Part shown: piece by piece, positions 1 through 12,369 of the stretch
Layout of the letters: the number at the start of each line of letters is the position of its first letter
Position numbering within the stretch: position 1 is the first letter of the stretch
DNA from: Narcine bancroftii
Lineage: Eukaryota
Assembly: GCF_036971445.1 (NCBI RefSeq)
Contig: NC_091470.1
Coordinates: 51,584,001 to 51,648,000, forward strand
Direction of reading: 5' to 3'
DNA: 64,000 bases
Position numbers and translations under genes: made by a program
The notes under the pieces: model-generated
Told to the model about the DNA's origin: nothing
What the model saw: only the letters and a program-made list of their open reading frames with translations
Database searches by the model: none

Positions 1-37
1 TTCGCTGGGAGTCCAGACCCGCAGTAAAACCGTTAAA

Positions 38-1027
38 ATGCCTTTTGTTGAGTTGCAGCAGGAGCTGAAGTTACCTTGGTCTGCCACTATGTTAGAGAAA
101 GCAGGGCTGAGCTTTTCTGAGCTACAATGTAAACAGTTAAATGCTGTCATCCAGCCTATAATGAATGAGATGGCTCAAAGGATAAGTTCAGAATTGAATA
201 CAGTTAAAGCACGTGTGGAAGCATCTTGTGAAAATTTTAAAAAATTTCAGTCTGCTTTTTTGGAATGTAAACAGCAAGTGGCTTCTAATACAGAAAAAGT
301 GTTGAAGGTTGAAAAATACGTTATGGAATTGCGAGAACGTGAAAATGAGTTAGAGAGGAAAATAGACTACTTGGAGAATCAAAGCAGAAGGAATAATGTG
401 AAAATTGTTGGTTTGTCAGAAGGTATGGAAGGACAAGATGCTCTTCGTTTTTTTAAAGACTGGATCCCACAAGTACTAGGGCAAGATTTTTCTTCTGGAG
501 GCTTGGTATTGGAAAGAGCTCATAGAGCTTTAAGAAGAACACCTTTTCCTAGTCAACCACCGAGACCTGTAATAATTCGATCTTTGAATTATTTGGACAG
601 AGAAGCAATACTTCGTCTAGCAGTGCAAAATGCGAGACAACGACAAACTCCGTTATTGATTCAGAATAGCAGAGTTTTTTTTAATCCCGATATGAGTCAA
701 GAGGTCATTCAACATTGACGTCGATTTAATCCAGTTAAAGAAGTTTTGTGGCGTAAAGGCTATAAGTCTACTTTTCGCTATCCGGCAGTGTTGAAGGTGT
801 TTTATGGACACTATCAATCTCGGTTTTTTGAGAATGAACATGAAGCAATGATTTTTGCTGATTCATTGCCAGATGTAAGAGGACAAAGACGTAGTCCACC
901 ATTGTCTCCTAAAGAAAAGTCTGGTTGTTCTGGAAATGGAAGAAATGGCAGAAATGGGAAAAACAGGAATGGAAAGAGTCCAACTTCTCTTGAAATGGGG
1001 TCTCAGAGTTTGGAATCTCTTGGATGA
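38..1027 (+). pseudogene. L1/Tx1-clade LINE ORF1p (coiled coil, RRM, CTD) with one in-frame stop
   Basis: Motifs ENQSRRNNVKIVGLSEG, LERAHRAL, PRPVIIR, FFNPDMS and FRYPAVLKV match L1 ORF1p. ORFs 38..718 and 746..1027 are in the same frame, separated by TGA at 716-718. A T-rich inter-ORF-like stretch follows to ~1310. Confidence 0.88.
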
Positions 1028-1749
1028 ATAGAAGAATTTTCTTATTCTTATTTTATTTTTTATGTTATTATGATATTTTGATGTTATTCTTTGTTCAGCT
1101 GGGGAGGGAGAGATTTGCTCTAAGTTCTATTAGTCATCAGCCACTGGTGGGTGATCCACACCCAAATTTTGTTTAGGGATTACTACCTTTTGGTAGTTTT
1201 TTTTGGGGGGAGGGGGGGTTTCTTTTCTTTTTTTTTGAGTTTTTTTTAAAATTTTCATTTTATCTAGCGTTTAATTTGTGATTTTTTTTCTCCTATTGGA
1301 GGGCAAAAGAAAAAAAAATTTTTTAAACTTTGCAATTGTTCAGTAATTCTGTTAGCAAGGTCATCCATGTTTGCAGTGCTTAAATCCTGCCTCCTACTGG
1401 CCAGACACTGAACAACACAAGTCAAAATGCCTTGACTCTAGCATTGTATGTTCCACCCATTTTCTCGATTTCAATTTCACCTGGATAAGACCACTCTAAT
1501 GTTCATTTTCAGGCAAGATTTCACCGATTACAAAATTGGACAAGGAGGCTTGCATGCACAGTCGACTTTAGTAGACCTAACTTTTCACCCATGTTGGGCA
1601 TGGAGCTAATATTGTTACTAGACATGCAATAGTTATTGTTCCAAGGTGTGTGTGTTCTCAATGTTGGAAGAGCCAACATTGCCCCTTCTTGCCAGACTGG
1701 ATCACCTGTTTTCCACTTTAACCCTTGGTACACAATGCATCTGTTTTGA

Positions 1750-1925
1750 TAACAGAATACAAAAATGCTGGAGGAACTCAGTGGGTCATGCAGCATCCAT
1801 GGAAAACAAAATGCCCAAACATTGATTGCCTATTGCTTTTCATGGATATTGCATGACCTGCTGAGTTCCTCCGCCACCTTTGTGTTTTGAGCCAGTTCTC
1901 CAGTATCTGCAGATTTCTTGTTTAG
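1750..1925. repeat. Palindromic Penelope-terminus-derived repeat
   Basis: aatgctggaggaactcagtgggtcatgcagcatccatg (~1764-1801) is an imperfect inverted repeat of catggatattgcatgacctgctgagttcctcc (~1841-1872). The same motif ends the Penelope fragments at ~6670 and ~12415. Confidence 0.7.
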
Positions 1926-3725
1926 AATCTGTTCTGATACATTTATTATGCATCGAGACATCAAGACTCTTTACTCCCGAGCTGCTATTGTTTTTTGGGA
2001 GCATACCTTTAAAGGCCAACATCGTTCTGTAATTTCTGTACATCATTAGCATTGCCAACTATGTTCACAAGCCTGATCTTCTAGGGTAAAGCACAAGGTC
2101 CATTTCAGTGCTTCTCTGAGGGTGTAACCCACCCTATCACTATTTCGTCCCTTTTTGACCAATTTCAGATGTCCCATTTTGATATGAGCACAAAACATAA
2201 TGATATTTTAGCATACCAAAATTAATAAAATCCAATTTCTGGATAAGTTTTGTTATCTTAACTAAAGGATGAGTTGCCCAAAGGAGAAAAATTAAGTTAA
2301 ATGCTTACAAAATTGTTAAAGTTACTGAAAACATCAGAAACCCTTTTTGAATTTTGTTGATGTATTATGATAATTTGAAGAAATTTCTGACTATATTTGT
2401 CTACATTTCTATTAGAATAACACTATACATGTCAAACAATTGAATTAATTTCCATTTCTCTGTGGTATTAAAATAAAATTTCCACAATTCATAGACATAA
2501 AATGTTCACAATGTTAAAGGATCGGTCTGTTTTATGTGGAAGTGTATTGACATTACAAATTGTGACAGATTGAACAGAAAAATAATTAAAGTTTACTCTG
2601 GATTAATAGGTTGACCTGGAAGTTGTGGAAATGTTTGCAAGCTGCACCTCAGCACCTTGGGCCAACAAATGGCCTTTGAGCTTGAGTGAGCTTGGCCTTT
2701 TCCAGCACAGAGCTCTAATTTTCATCTTTTCAAACAGTTTTCTACCACTTGGAGTAGAATTAGTATTGACAAGGATAGAATTTGTCTCCTGAAGGTGAAT
2801 AGCTTGCCTGTGTAAGTGCTAATGCAACATTTATCTGTCGGTATCTTTACACTGCTTCCCTGCCATACCTAATACACCAAAAGCAAAATGCTCTCTGAAA
2901 TGTTATTGTATCTCAAGTGCTCGCAATTTGAAGTAAAATCATTTCTATTTTTGCCATTCCTTGTACAACAAGGATACTTGTGTGATTGTTTGCTGTTTCT
3001 ATACAATTAGTCTCTGCTAACATTTATTTAAACTCTACACTACAATCAAGCAGCAATATGTTGCCCTGTAGAAAAAAAAGCCATGGATATTCCTTGCAGT
3101 AATTTAGTAGCCTAGTTGTGAAATAGAGTATGTGTAACCTATTATTATACACCACTCAGAAAGTGCAAGTGGATGAAAATTGATCTTGTAAATTGAAAGA
3201 GGGATAAGTGCTCTGGCCTTATTGATGCAAATTCAGATTTTTTTTTCACTGAGTAATTTGTTGAGTTCATTTTTCATCCATTTTAAGAAGCAAACAGCAA
3301 GTGGGAAAATAACTTTTAAAGGGCAGTCGAATTTTTATCAAAAGTTACATTTCATTCTCTCACTGTGATGTCACCATGGCAAAAGCATATTTTGAAATGC
3401 TCAACTATTGGACTATAGCTTTTACCGAAAAAGATTGAAAGTGCATTTCCGTATTTCATGAAATTACATGAGGTTTACTGTTGTGAGATGTGAAATTCCT
3501 GTCTGAATGCATGGAATCCTAACATGTCCGGTTTCTATAAGTGAAATTTGGGTTATTGTCACGCTAAATTAAATTTAAAGAACAATCTAATGATTTTTCT
3601 CTATTAATATAGTGATTTGAGAAGTCCTAATCCTTGTATTAAAAATGTACTAATTTAATCTTTTACATCTAACAATAGTTAGCATTTAAAACTTGGTATT
3701 TTGATAATTAATTGGTTCCTAGTAC

Positions 3726-4051
3726 CAAAGAAGAGGTACAAGGACTGCCTAAAGAAATCTCTTGGTGCCTGCCACATTGACCACCGCCAGTGGGCTGATA
3801 TCGCCTCAAACCGTGCATCTTGGCACCTCACAGTTCGGCGGGCAGCAACCTCCTTTGAAGAAGACCGCAGAGCCCACCTCACTGACAAAAGACAAAGGAG
3901 GAAAAACCCAACACCCAACCCCAACCAACCAATTTTCCCTTGCAACCGCGTCTGCCTGTCCCGCATCGGACTTGTCAGCCACAAACGAGCCTGCAGCTGA
4001 CGTGGACATTACCCCTCCATAAATCTTCGTCCGCGAAGCCAAGCCAAGAAG
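3726..4051 (+). mobile_element. RTE (BovB-like) LINE, 5'-truncated 3' fragment
   Basis: PKKRYKDCLKKSL...FPCNRVCLSRIGLVSHKRACS C-terminus followed by an aagccaagccaagaag tail. Possible short TSD agtac (3721-3725 / 4052-4056). Confidence 0.88.
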
Positions 4052-4129
4052 AGTACAATGGTAGGGGAGGAGGTTGTCCTTTGAAGATATATCGACTAAG
4101 GTTAGACTAAGACGTCATTCAGAAAAGTG

Positions 4130-4350
4130 AGCGGAACATGTCAGGTTCTAAAACACCTTTGTCTTACAGTAAGAGGTTGGCCATGTAATAGTGTTAGGAG
4201 AAGAACATTCTTTGCACGGAGAGGGTTGTAAATCTCTGGAATTTTCCACCTTGGAGTGCTATGAATGCTCAGTCATTGAGTATATTCAAGGCTGGGATCA
4301 ATAAAGGCTTGGACACAAAAAGAATTGGATGTTATGCAAGTCTGGCAGTG
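4130..4350 (+). mobile_element. Old CR1-like 3' end relic
   Basis: aggagaagaacattctttgcacggagagggttgtaaatctctggaat...atattcaaggctgggatcaata resembles the CR1 3' ends elsewhere in the window. Confidence 0.55.
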
Positions 4351-6339
4351 AAGCAAAATTAGTGCTTAATAATTGGTTATAAATATTCTATTTCACAATT
4401 TGAAATTTCTGCCCAATAGTGGAATGTCTCGTATGGCTAATTCCTGAATTTGTTTCTTAACCTTAAAATTTTGTTATCGTAGCTATTCTGTATTCAATCA
4501 CAGGTTATACTCTTACGACATTAATTGACAATAAATGAAGCAATGAGAAATGTATCAACCAATTTTAGTGGAAGTGGGAATGAAAAAAACTAATCTGCAA
4601 TTTTGAAAATGCTCCTCTTAAAACTAAGTCGTTTGGAACAAATACAGCATGGCAGGCTCATTTCATAAAGCTTTGAGAAGCCAAATCAATGGTCGTCTAA
4701 GGGGCCATCTGAATCTTGTCTGAAAGATGCATTTAATTATGTTTTTCAAACTTTTGAGGTACCAGGAAGAGTCAGAGTGCCCCTCTGAGCCCCACCAAAA
4801 TCTGCACACTGTAGAGCTGTTTGAGCTTCTCAAGACCCTCAGTTCTTCACCTTGCCCACTCCAAGGGAGCCCCTTTAGATATATGCATAAGGAATCACCC
4901 TCCTGAGTGCTGAAACAAATGATTTTCCTCCAAAGGAAACATGCTCATTCCAGTAGTTAGTCAACAATGAAGACTAAACCCAAATTAAACGTTGCCCTCC
5001 TGTTCCCCACCACCTACTCCTATCAACACCAAGTGACGATATTCACCTGAAATAACTGCTGCTGAATCCTGGACTAATTTTCCTCAGGAATCAGAGATGC
5101 ATTTCCTTGTTTCATAATATTAAATTCAGTCATTTTTAAAAATTGATCTTTCTGCCTCAAAACAAATGTGGCAGGTGCGGTTTGATTTTAAACTCATTCA
5201 ACATAATGAAGAATAAAAATATTTCCATAATAACCAGAAGCACAGAAGTGATTGGGACTGGGTACCTAATTTGTCTGCTTCATATAAATCCAGAAATAGT
5301 TCCAGTAGTTCGTTGTGTTTAATTCTAAATGATTCCATTATCAAGCCATAGTTTTGATTGGCGTGCCATAGTTTTACCTTCAGCAATTCTAAAGCTGTAC
5401 ATTTATTCTCTACTAAGTGCCAAGATAGTGGAACTCAGCCAGAGTGTCAGTGATCAATACAGTTGCTCCTGCTTTCTTGGGTGAGCGAGGGCTTAGCTAG
5501 CCAATACTATTCAGTGATCTCCAGTGGGCATGCACGTCTTTAGTAAGCAAATGAGGTCGAGCTTTAGTTTCAAAGTCTTATACAGAAAAATCCATTGCTG
5601 ACATAGTGCTGAAGTTGACCCTTGAATAGTGGTCTTGTCTCAGAACTGCATTCAATATATGTGTTTTTTTTAAAAATCAGAAATGTGATGCTATCAACAC
5701 AATTTAGCATATTGGGATCTGTTCAGGATTGTTGAAAGCTTAAATGAAAGGGACAGGCTGGGCAGAATCTTTACACAAGACTGGATTTAATTATGAGCCT
5801 TTGAATCACTAATTCGAGCCTGATGGGTTTATGCCTGACCAAGAAAGCCTATCCCAGTCAAAATGCAGAGCCGTAGTCTTCGATTTTGCTGCTGCTTATC
5901 TTGATTTTGTTTTTGCCTTGATTTGAATCCATTGGAAAATGTTTTGGAGTAATACGAGGATGAAAAAAAAATCCAAAAAGAGTACAATTTCAATTTTGAT
6001 CAATGATTGGATTCACTGCAGGTATTTTCAACTTTCAAACACAAAGGGAATTCTTCACATGAACTTTCAGTTTGCATCTTTGAAGGGTATGGCTGTTTGT
6101 TTACACACTGAAACTGGTTTTTGGACCTTTTGCAGTAACAATTCACTTCCACTTTGACCTGTTTAAATTTTTGCTCGCAGGTTTGTTTGCTCATTGGAAA
6201 TTATTTTGATAAGCATCGTCCTGCTGAAAACTGTTGAGAAATTTAATTCCTGCACTGCCCCTAATGCTTCGTCAGTCTGCCTCAGCAAGAAAGTAGCACC
6301 CACTCATTAGCTTTGAAGCCTTGGATGGCAGTAATATCG

Positions 6340-6731
6340 ACTTCTCTGGTTTCTATTAAACTTTCCGCCCCCCCCCACTTACCCCCATCTTTCTTTGTCA
6401 CTATGTCTCCTTTCCTCTAGCTCTTTCTCTTTCTTCCCTTTTCCCTCCGTCTCCTTTCATTGACCCAAAATCAATTCTCACCTTTTCTCTTATCATATCC
6501 AATTAACACCTTTTAGTTATTAGGTCTGGTCTCCTCCCTCTCCCATTCTTCCCCCTTAATTGCTAGACTTTAATTAAGACGCCTGCCTGATTTTTGCTTC
6601 TACCTTGAAGAAAAGCTCAGCCCCGAAACATCAGTAATGTATCTTTACCTTCTATGGGCGCTGTGAGACTGGCTGAGTTCCTCCAGCATTTCTGTGTGCT
6701 TGTACTAAAATCTCAGCATCTGCAGACTTTC
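6340..6731 (+). mobile_element. Penelope-like element 3' end (pseudo-LTR)
   Basis: Pyrimidine-rich tract, ttgaagaa...ccccgaaacatc core, and gctgagttcctccagcatttctgtg...agcatctgcagact terminus, homologous to 12370-12520 on the - strand. Confidence 0.7.
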
Positions 6732-7047
6732 ATATAACCATATAACCACTTACAGCACAGAACAGGCCAGTTCGGCCCTACTAGTCCATGCCGTAACAAA
6801 TCCCCACCCTCCTAGTCCTACTGACCAGCACCCGGTCCATACCCCTCCAGTCCTCTCCTCTCCATGTAGCTATCCAGTCTTTCCTTAAATGTAACCAATG
6901 ATCCCGCCTCGACCACGTCTGCCGGAAGCTCATTCCACATCCCTACCACCCTTTGCATAAAGAAATTTCCCCTCATGTTCCCCTTATAATTTTCCCCCAT
7001 CAATCTTAAACCATGCCCTCTAGTTTGAATCTCCCCCACTCTTAATT
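6732..7047 (-). mobile_element. CR1 LINE 3' end
   Basis: Minus ORF reads GEIQTRGHGLRL...MRGNFFMQRVVGMWNELP...FKERLDSYM, the CR1 ORF2 C-terminus, followed by a short tandem tail (ggttatat). Confidence 0.85.
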
Positions 7048-7170
7048 CATGTTTCACTCTTTTAAGTCTTGATATCACCCTGCAGATCTCTTGCAAGAAA
7101 TCAGAGTAATAACCTAGATCCATGGGTTTATGTGATCTGTGCTCATATTCCTCATCAATTTTTGTTACAG

Positions 7171-7561
7171 GATGAAGGTTATGGAATGATGGAAGGTGTT
7201 CCTGGAATATTGGTGGTTGCCGTCGTCCCGCATCTGCCAAAAGGTGCTGCAGTGGAGTGGCATATCATTGCCCTTACCAGCAGTGCCTGTGAGAGGAAAT
7301 CCTTCATCCTAAATAAGAAATTGGAATGCTATGAAATTGATTGTGAAGTGGTGATGTCAAGCTCGCTGTCTAGTATCGCTATCTCATTAACTCTGAGTCT
7401 TCATATGTCATCGGTAAATTCATTGAGTTTAAAGATTGCACTTCAAGAATTTGCAGTTGTTTTCCAGCAAGCAATGGATAAGATCCCTCAGGATGTGCTT
7501 CCTCTCTGCTTCAAGATTTTCTACTGTGAAGGCACCGTAAATCCAAGCTTATTGCAAAGAG
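7171..7561 (+). CDS. DPH6: Penultimate coding exon of probable diphthine--ammonia ligase, long form with C-terminal RidA/YjgF-like domains
   Basis: Acceptor tttttgttacag|GAT (phase 0) and donor AGAG|gtaagg (phase 1) bound a 391-nt stop-free exon. It encodes ILVVAVVPHLPKGAAVEWHIIA, matching the V-x-x-LP-x-G-A-x-VE(W) end of the Dph6-type YjgF domain. Gene identity rests on recognising this motif, not on a search. Confidence 0.78.
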
Positions 7562-7944
7562 GTAAGGGTGTCACTTTACTATCAGTTATAGTTTAGTTGA
7601 AAACATGTAACTCCAATGACTAGAGGTTGAACCACTGACTTAGAGATATGAATTTAAGTCTTGGAGTTGCCCTGACATTTTGATCTGAGCAATTCCTAAG
7701 CATTGACTACTATAAATACTAACAACCTATGTTGTCAAACTGTGCTTTCCTTTATCTCCGGTCTCTTATGTCTTCTCTCCATTTTACCTACTCCTAATCA
7801 CTTACAGTCAAACAGTGGTAGCTTTCCTTTCATCTGCCTTTAGTTCATGCTGTGGAATTTCCCTCTTAATTTCTTCTGCCTGGATGGAATCTTTTCATTC
7901 TTTAAGAAATTCCTTCAAACTTTGACCAAGCTTCTAAAATCCTC

Positions 7945-8200
7945 TGCAGCAAACAATGAGAAGCTGGAGGAACTCGGGCAATATCTATGGATAGAAATGG
8001 TTAGTCAATATATCAGGGTGGGCCCCTTTATTAGGTCATATTTCTGCAAAGTGTATTAGGATTTTTTTTTTAATATTATATGTGCTATGGAAAAGTATGA
8101 TATTGTAAATAAGGAAAGGAAACTCGGTTTGACTGAGATCAGGTAAACCTCCTTAATCTCTTAACCCATGACCTGCTGAGTTTCCCAAGCACATTTGTGA
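7945..8200. repeat. Degenerate Penelope-terminus palindromic repeat
   Basis: gctggaggaactc (~7963) and tgacctgctgagtttcccaagcacatttgtg (~8170) are inverted copies of the family motif. Confidence 0.5.
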
Positions 8201-8219
8201 CCTGTGATATATTCCAGTA

Positions 8220-10100
8220 AAGTTGCTTATAGATGAACCTGCAGCTGGTGGAATCCCCATGCACCTGGCTGCCCATGATATTGAAGATGGAGATTACAGA
8301 TATGCTGTCAGAGCAGCCAAGATAAGTGCATGCATTTAGTAGCTTCTGTGCACTGGTATTGGAAGAGTTGGTGGGGGGGGGGGGGGGTAAGTGGGGTAAA
8401 TGAATGAAAGCTTATGATGATTGACAGGGTACCAAACCAACAGACTGCATTGCCAGGTTCATTTAATTTGGAGTTTCTAGAATGTTCTTGGAGTTGCTGT
8501 CATCCAGCTGTGTGATGAGCATGTCATCATACTGATAACTTTTTCCTTGGAGGGAAGGAAAAAGCTTTGGGATGTTAGGAGTTGAGTCACTCTATGCAGG
8601 ATACCCAATCTTTTACAGATTCTTCAGCCAGAATTTTTACATGGTTGGTCCAGTTGTGATTCAGGTTTATGGTGGCATGCAGGATGTTAATGGTAGGAAA
8701 CTTGACAATGGTTATGCCTTGGAATATCAAGGAAAGTCATTGGAATCGGTGATTGGAGATGGTCTTTGCCTAGTGCTTGAATGAAAGTAATGTAATCTGC
8801 CAGTTTTCACCCCATGTCGTGCTGTTGTCCTGGTTTTGCTTCAGTCAGCCTGGTCTACTCATTTGCTGCGGATTTATGAATGTACCCGAAGATTGTGCAG
8901 TTATCAGCAAACATCTTCATTTTTGATTGTACAATGAGAGGAAGACCATTGATGAAGGAGCCAAAGACAATTGGAAGTAGGGCACTGCCCTGAGGAACTC
9001 TTGCAATTATGTCCCAGGGCTGGGACATTAATGGAAACATCCACCTTCCTTAGCTGTTCAAATATTTAGTCCCTTCACCTCTTAATGCCCATTAAGCAGT
9101 TTTACCATGGTGACAAGATACCATACTTTGTCAAATGCTGCTTTGATGTCAACAATAGTTATTCCCACTTTACCTCTGCATTCAGCCTTTCTTCTCTAAT
9201 TGGACCAAGCTGAGATCTTGTGGTGAAACCCAAACTGGTCATCAGTTAACATGTTATTGATAAATACAACTTGAAACTTCAGATGACAAAATCTTCCATC
9301 TCACTACTGAAGACTGAGAAGAGGCTGATTGGGCAACCATCTACTTAGCTGCATTTGTTACTTCTTATTGTGAACAAGGGAAAGCTAGACAACTTTCTGC
9401 ATTGCCGAGGCGATCCCAGGGTTGTAATTGTTCTAGAACACCCTGGCCAGAGGCATGGCTAGATCCAGGACAGAAGTCTTCAGTATACACAGTTGGGATG
9501 TTGAGCTGTAGCTTTTCTCTGTCCAGTGCTCTCAACTGAATCTTGCCATAGCATGGAGAGAATCAAATTGGCTGATTTTGTTAAGGTGAGATCTCAAGAG
9601 GAAGCTGAGATGGATCATCCACTCAGCACTTTTGGCTGAATATGTTTGCAATTACTTCAATCCTTAACACTCCTGTGCTGGCCCCTTCCGTTGTTCCAGT
9701 GCTTTTGAAGCCTTCATGACTATTTTCAGTCTTATTGTTTCACATGGTACACAGTTAGATGTGGCAGGACATTGGAGCTTTGCTCTGATTTATTGGTGGT
9801 GGCCACTCTTCACTCCATGTCCTGCACACTGTTTTTTTATTCACTGCTTTGCATGGGTACTCCTGCATTACAGCTTCAACAAACTCACTTCACATTTTGG
9901 TTTATCTGGTACTGCTCCTGACATGCCCTTCTGCTCTTCTCTTTAAACCAGGGTTGATCCCCTGCTTTGACCAGAGTTATAGGGTCACGGAGCTGTCAGA
10001 CCATGAGGCAACAATTTGCTGCCTGTTGATGATCCACAGAACAACATCAGTGTCCTTATTTCAAGCTGCCAGATCTGTTCTCAATCTATCCTATAAAACT
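8220..10100 (-). mobile_element. Highly decayed CR1/L2-group LINE (RT region)
   Basis: Minus ORF 8855..9040 gives ARVPQGSALLPIVFGSFINGLP...MFADNCTIF (RT PQGS and FADD motifs). Around 9135 the - strand reads DIKAAFDKV. Confidence 0.75.
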
Positions 10101-10284
10101 GATGTGTTAGTTATAGTTTATCAGCATATAACGGGTAACTCTTTTTACCACAGGATTCAATTCTACTTACTTTGTTTATGATGTCATTAGTGTTCTGAAT
10201 TAATTGCTGAATCATAACTGTGTCACTTATTAATATGATCTCATTTGTTCCATAACTTTAGATTAATTTAATTTTAATTTAGAG

Positions 10285-10420
10285 TTTAGATTTAAAACAC
10301 AGTAATAGCCCGCGAGCCTGTGCCGCCGAAATACACCCATGTGATCAATTAACCTACTAACCCCATACATCTTTGGAATATGGGAGGAAACCAGAGCTCC
10401 TGGTAGTAACCCACGCAGCT
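10285..10420 (-). mobile_element. tRNA-derived SINE, 3' part
   Basis: gcccgcgagcctgtgccgcc...caattaacctactaacccc...tgggaggaaaccagagc is shared with the copies at 30085, 35115 and 40027. Confidence 0.65.
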
Positions 10421-10479
10421 TCTTTGGGATATTTTGCTACATTAAATGAGCTATACAAATGTAACTTATGGGAACATTA

Positions 10480-10706
10480 TAAATTAAAAACCACAGTATC
10501 CAGCACCTATGTGGATTGGCAGATGCTGAGTAAATGTACTTGCTGGTTGCTTGAGATTGCGTGGTGCATGATTAGTGAACTGACTGCTAGGGGGTGCCAA
10601 TTTTAAACATTGGTATTTCTTACCTATTTATTTTCTGCGATTTTTTTTTTTTGCCCGTTGCTTGGGCCTGCCAACTGCTTGAATTCTGGATAACGGGGAT
10701 TTCCTG
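10480..10706. mobile_element. Degenerate Tc1/pogo-type MITE
   Basis: Imperfect inverted ends aaaaccacagtatccag / ctggataacggggattt, similar to the ttatcc...ggataa TIR cores of the MITEs at 22686 and 27261. Confidence 0.45.
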
Positions 10707-11559
10707 ATTTTATTAGAGTTCGTAATGTGGGCTGGATGGAAAGAGCATTTGAAAAGCAAAAAATGCTGGGTTGCTGGAAAACTGAAATCGTAAACAGAAA
10801 ATATATAAGACGCTCAGCAGATCAGGTAGTGTCCATGGAGAGAGAAAATGAGTAAGCGTTTTAGACCTTTTATTAGAAAATGGAAAGAGGATTACTGTGA
10901 GAGAGGTTTGTACAGAGTGCAAATCTCAATGCAGAACAATTGGGCTGCTAGATTTATTATAATTCTTTGTACATATCTTTCTTCAGTGGAAATAAACACT
11001 GCATAAATAACTTGAATTCTATTATTATCATTCTTCTTTGTCAACCAAGAAAGTGACAGTGACAGATCTTGAAAATGACATATTTTCCTAAAAATTTTCA
11101 TGTTTACTTGTGATGAAGTCACTTAAAAGTGTTGGGTCATACTTTGATTATGACTGATGTTGCTATTTTGTTAGAATTCTGATTATATCAACCATTTTCA
11201 TATGAGGTGCAAAAACTTGCAATCTGATCAATGCAAGTAGTTTTATATGTGCATATATACAATTTTGAACAAATGTGATTGAGAACTATGGATTTAAAAT
11301 GACGTTTTTCAATAGGATTGTCAAATTTATTCACATAGACCTAGACTTCAGATTGCAAAGATCCAGTTAATGGAAAATACTTTGCTTAGTGTAATTCAAA
11401 ATATCAGTAGTACTTGAGTACTTGAGACATCCCTTTTTTTAATAAATTTGCTTAATGATTACTTGTTTGTGGTGGGCAAAACAATCTTCTGAAATCTACT
11501 GATTGTAAATAGAAAGATAGTAGTAAAACACGCCTCTCAAGGAAGCTGTATTTAGAGTC

Positions 11560-12070
11560 TATATTAATGCTTAATCGTCACGCTGCTTTGTTTTATTTTG
11601 TGAAATGTGATCTGATGGTTTCTCCAGATTTTGAAGTAGAAGAGTATGCAATAGCATACTCTTTAAAAACGTGCAGTTTTTAAAAACTATAAAAATCTCT
11701 TTCAAGCCTCAACAGGACCACTGTGAATTCAGTTGTCTCTTTTTATTACAAATGTCCATCCTTTTGACCTTTTAATGTAGCATTAGAACAAAAAGCTTTA
11801 TTAAACAATCAGACTGAATTCTTTTTATTTTGCACTGTTCACAAACAGTTCTATTAGAAAAGCCAGTCTGATATCTGCTGCTTTTCACAAAAGCAGATTG
11901 TTTATATATCTTCCTTCAGTAATTTGTATGACATTGCCATTATCTGCTTGTGCTATGTGAATGACACAATTCGTCAGCCTGGCGTGTCATCTATCAGTGT
12001 CAAATGTCCATTTTATGCCATTTTCAACTCATTTAAGAATATTTTGTGATTTGGCTCAACTGTACTTTGT
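11560..12070. promoter_or_regulatory. Candidate conserved non-coding element
   Basis: No recognisable repeat. Cluster of TGACA/TGTCA TALE-type sites at 11929-12002 and 12068. Conservation is inferred, not measured. Confidence 0.4.
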
Positions 12071-12369
12071 CAAAATCTGATGCATTCAAAACCAATTCCC
12101 TTCCCTGAGTGGAAGTAAATTGCATTTTTAAGATCTGTTCCATAAAGTAAAATTTAACTAAAGATTTCAGCCATGGTGTTAGCCTATTATCATTTACTTC
12201 ATATTCCCAAATACTTTCATTAATTGATTATCTCATGAGCTTGTTCAAATAATCATTCCTTGATGAACATGATCCTGTTTAGTTATAAAGAGAAAAGTAA
12301 TACTTATGTTTATGTTCCAGCCATACAGATAATTATAAAATAAATTATAGGAGAATGAAAAAAAGTAAA

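Noticed and set aside
3679-4042. ORFs repeated in several frames and strands (also at 26370-26888 and 55786-56434) as a gene family
   Set aside because: They are alternative-frame and antisense shadows of RTE copies.
5939-6157. Upstream DPH6 coding exon
   Set aside because: There is no RidA/Dph6-like sequence and no compatible phase-0 donor. The preceding exon probably lies before the window.
7069-7596. 175-aa single-exon gene as called in the ORF track
   Set aside because: It has a non-ATG start. Strong splice sites at 7171 and 7561 delimit the real exon, and the extra residues are intronic.
8373-8387. Poly-G/poly-C runs (also ~16435-16452 and ~19493-19508)
   Set aside because: These are homopolymers within decayed LINEs. 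Slippage or sequencing error is sufficient explanation.
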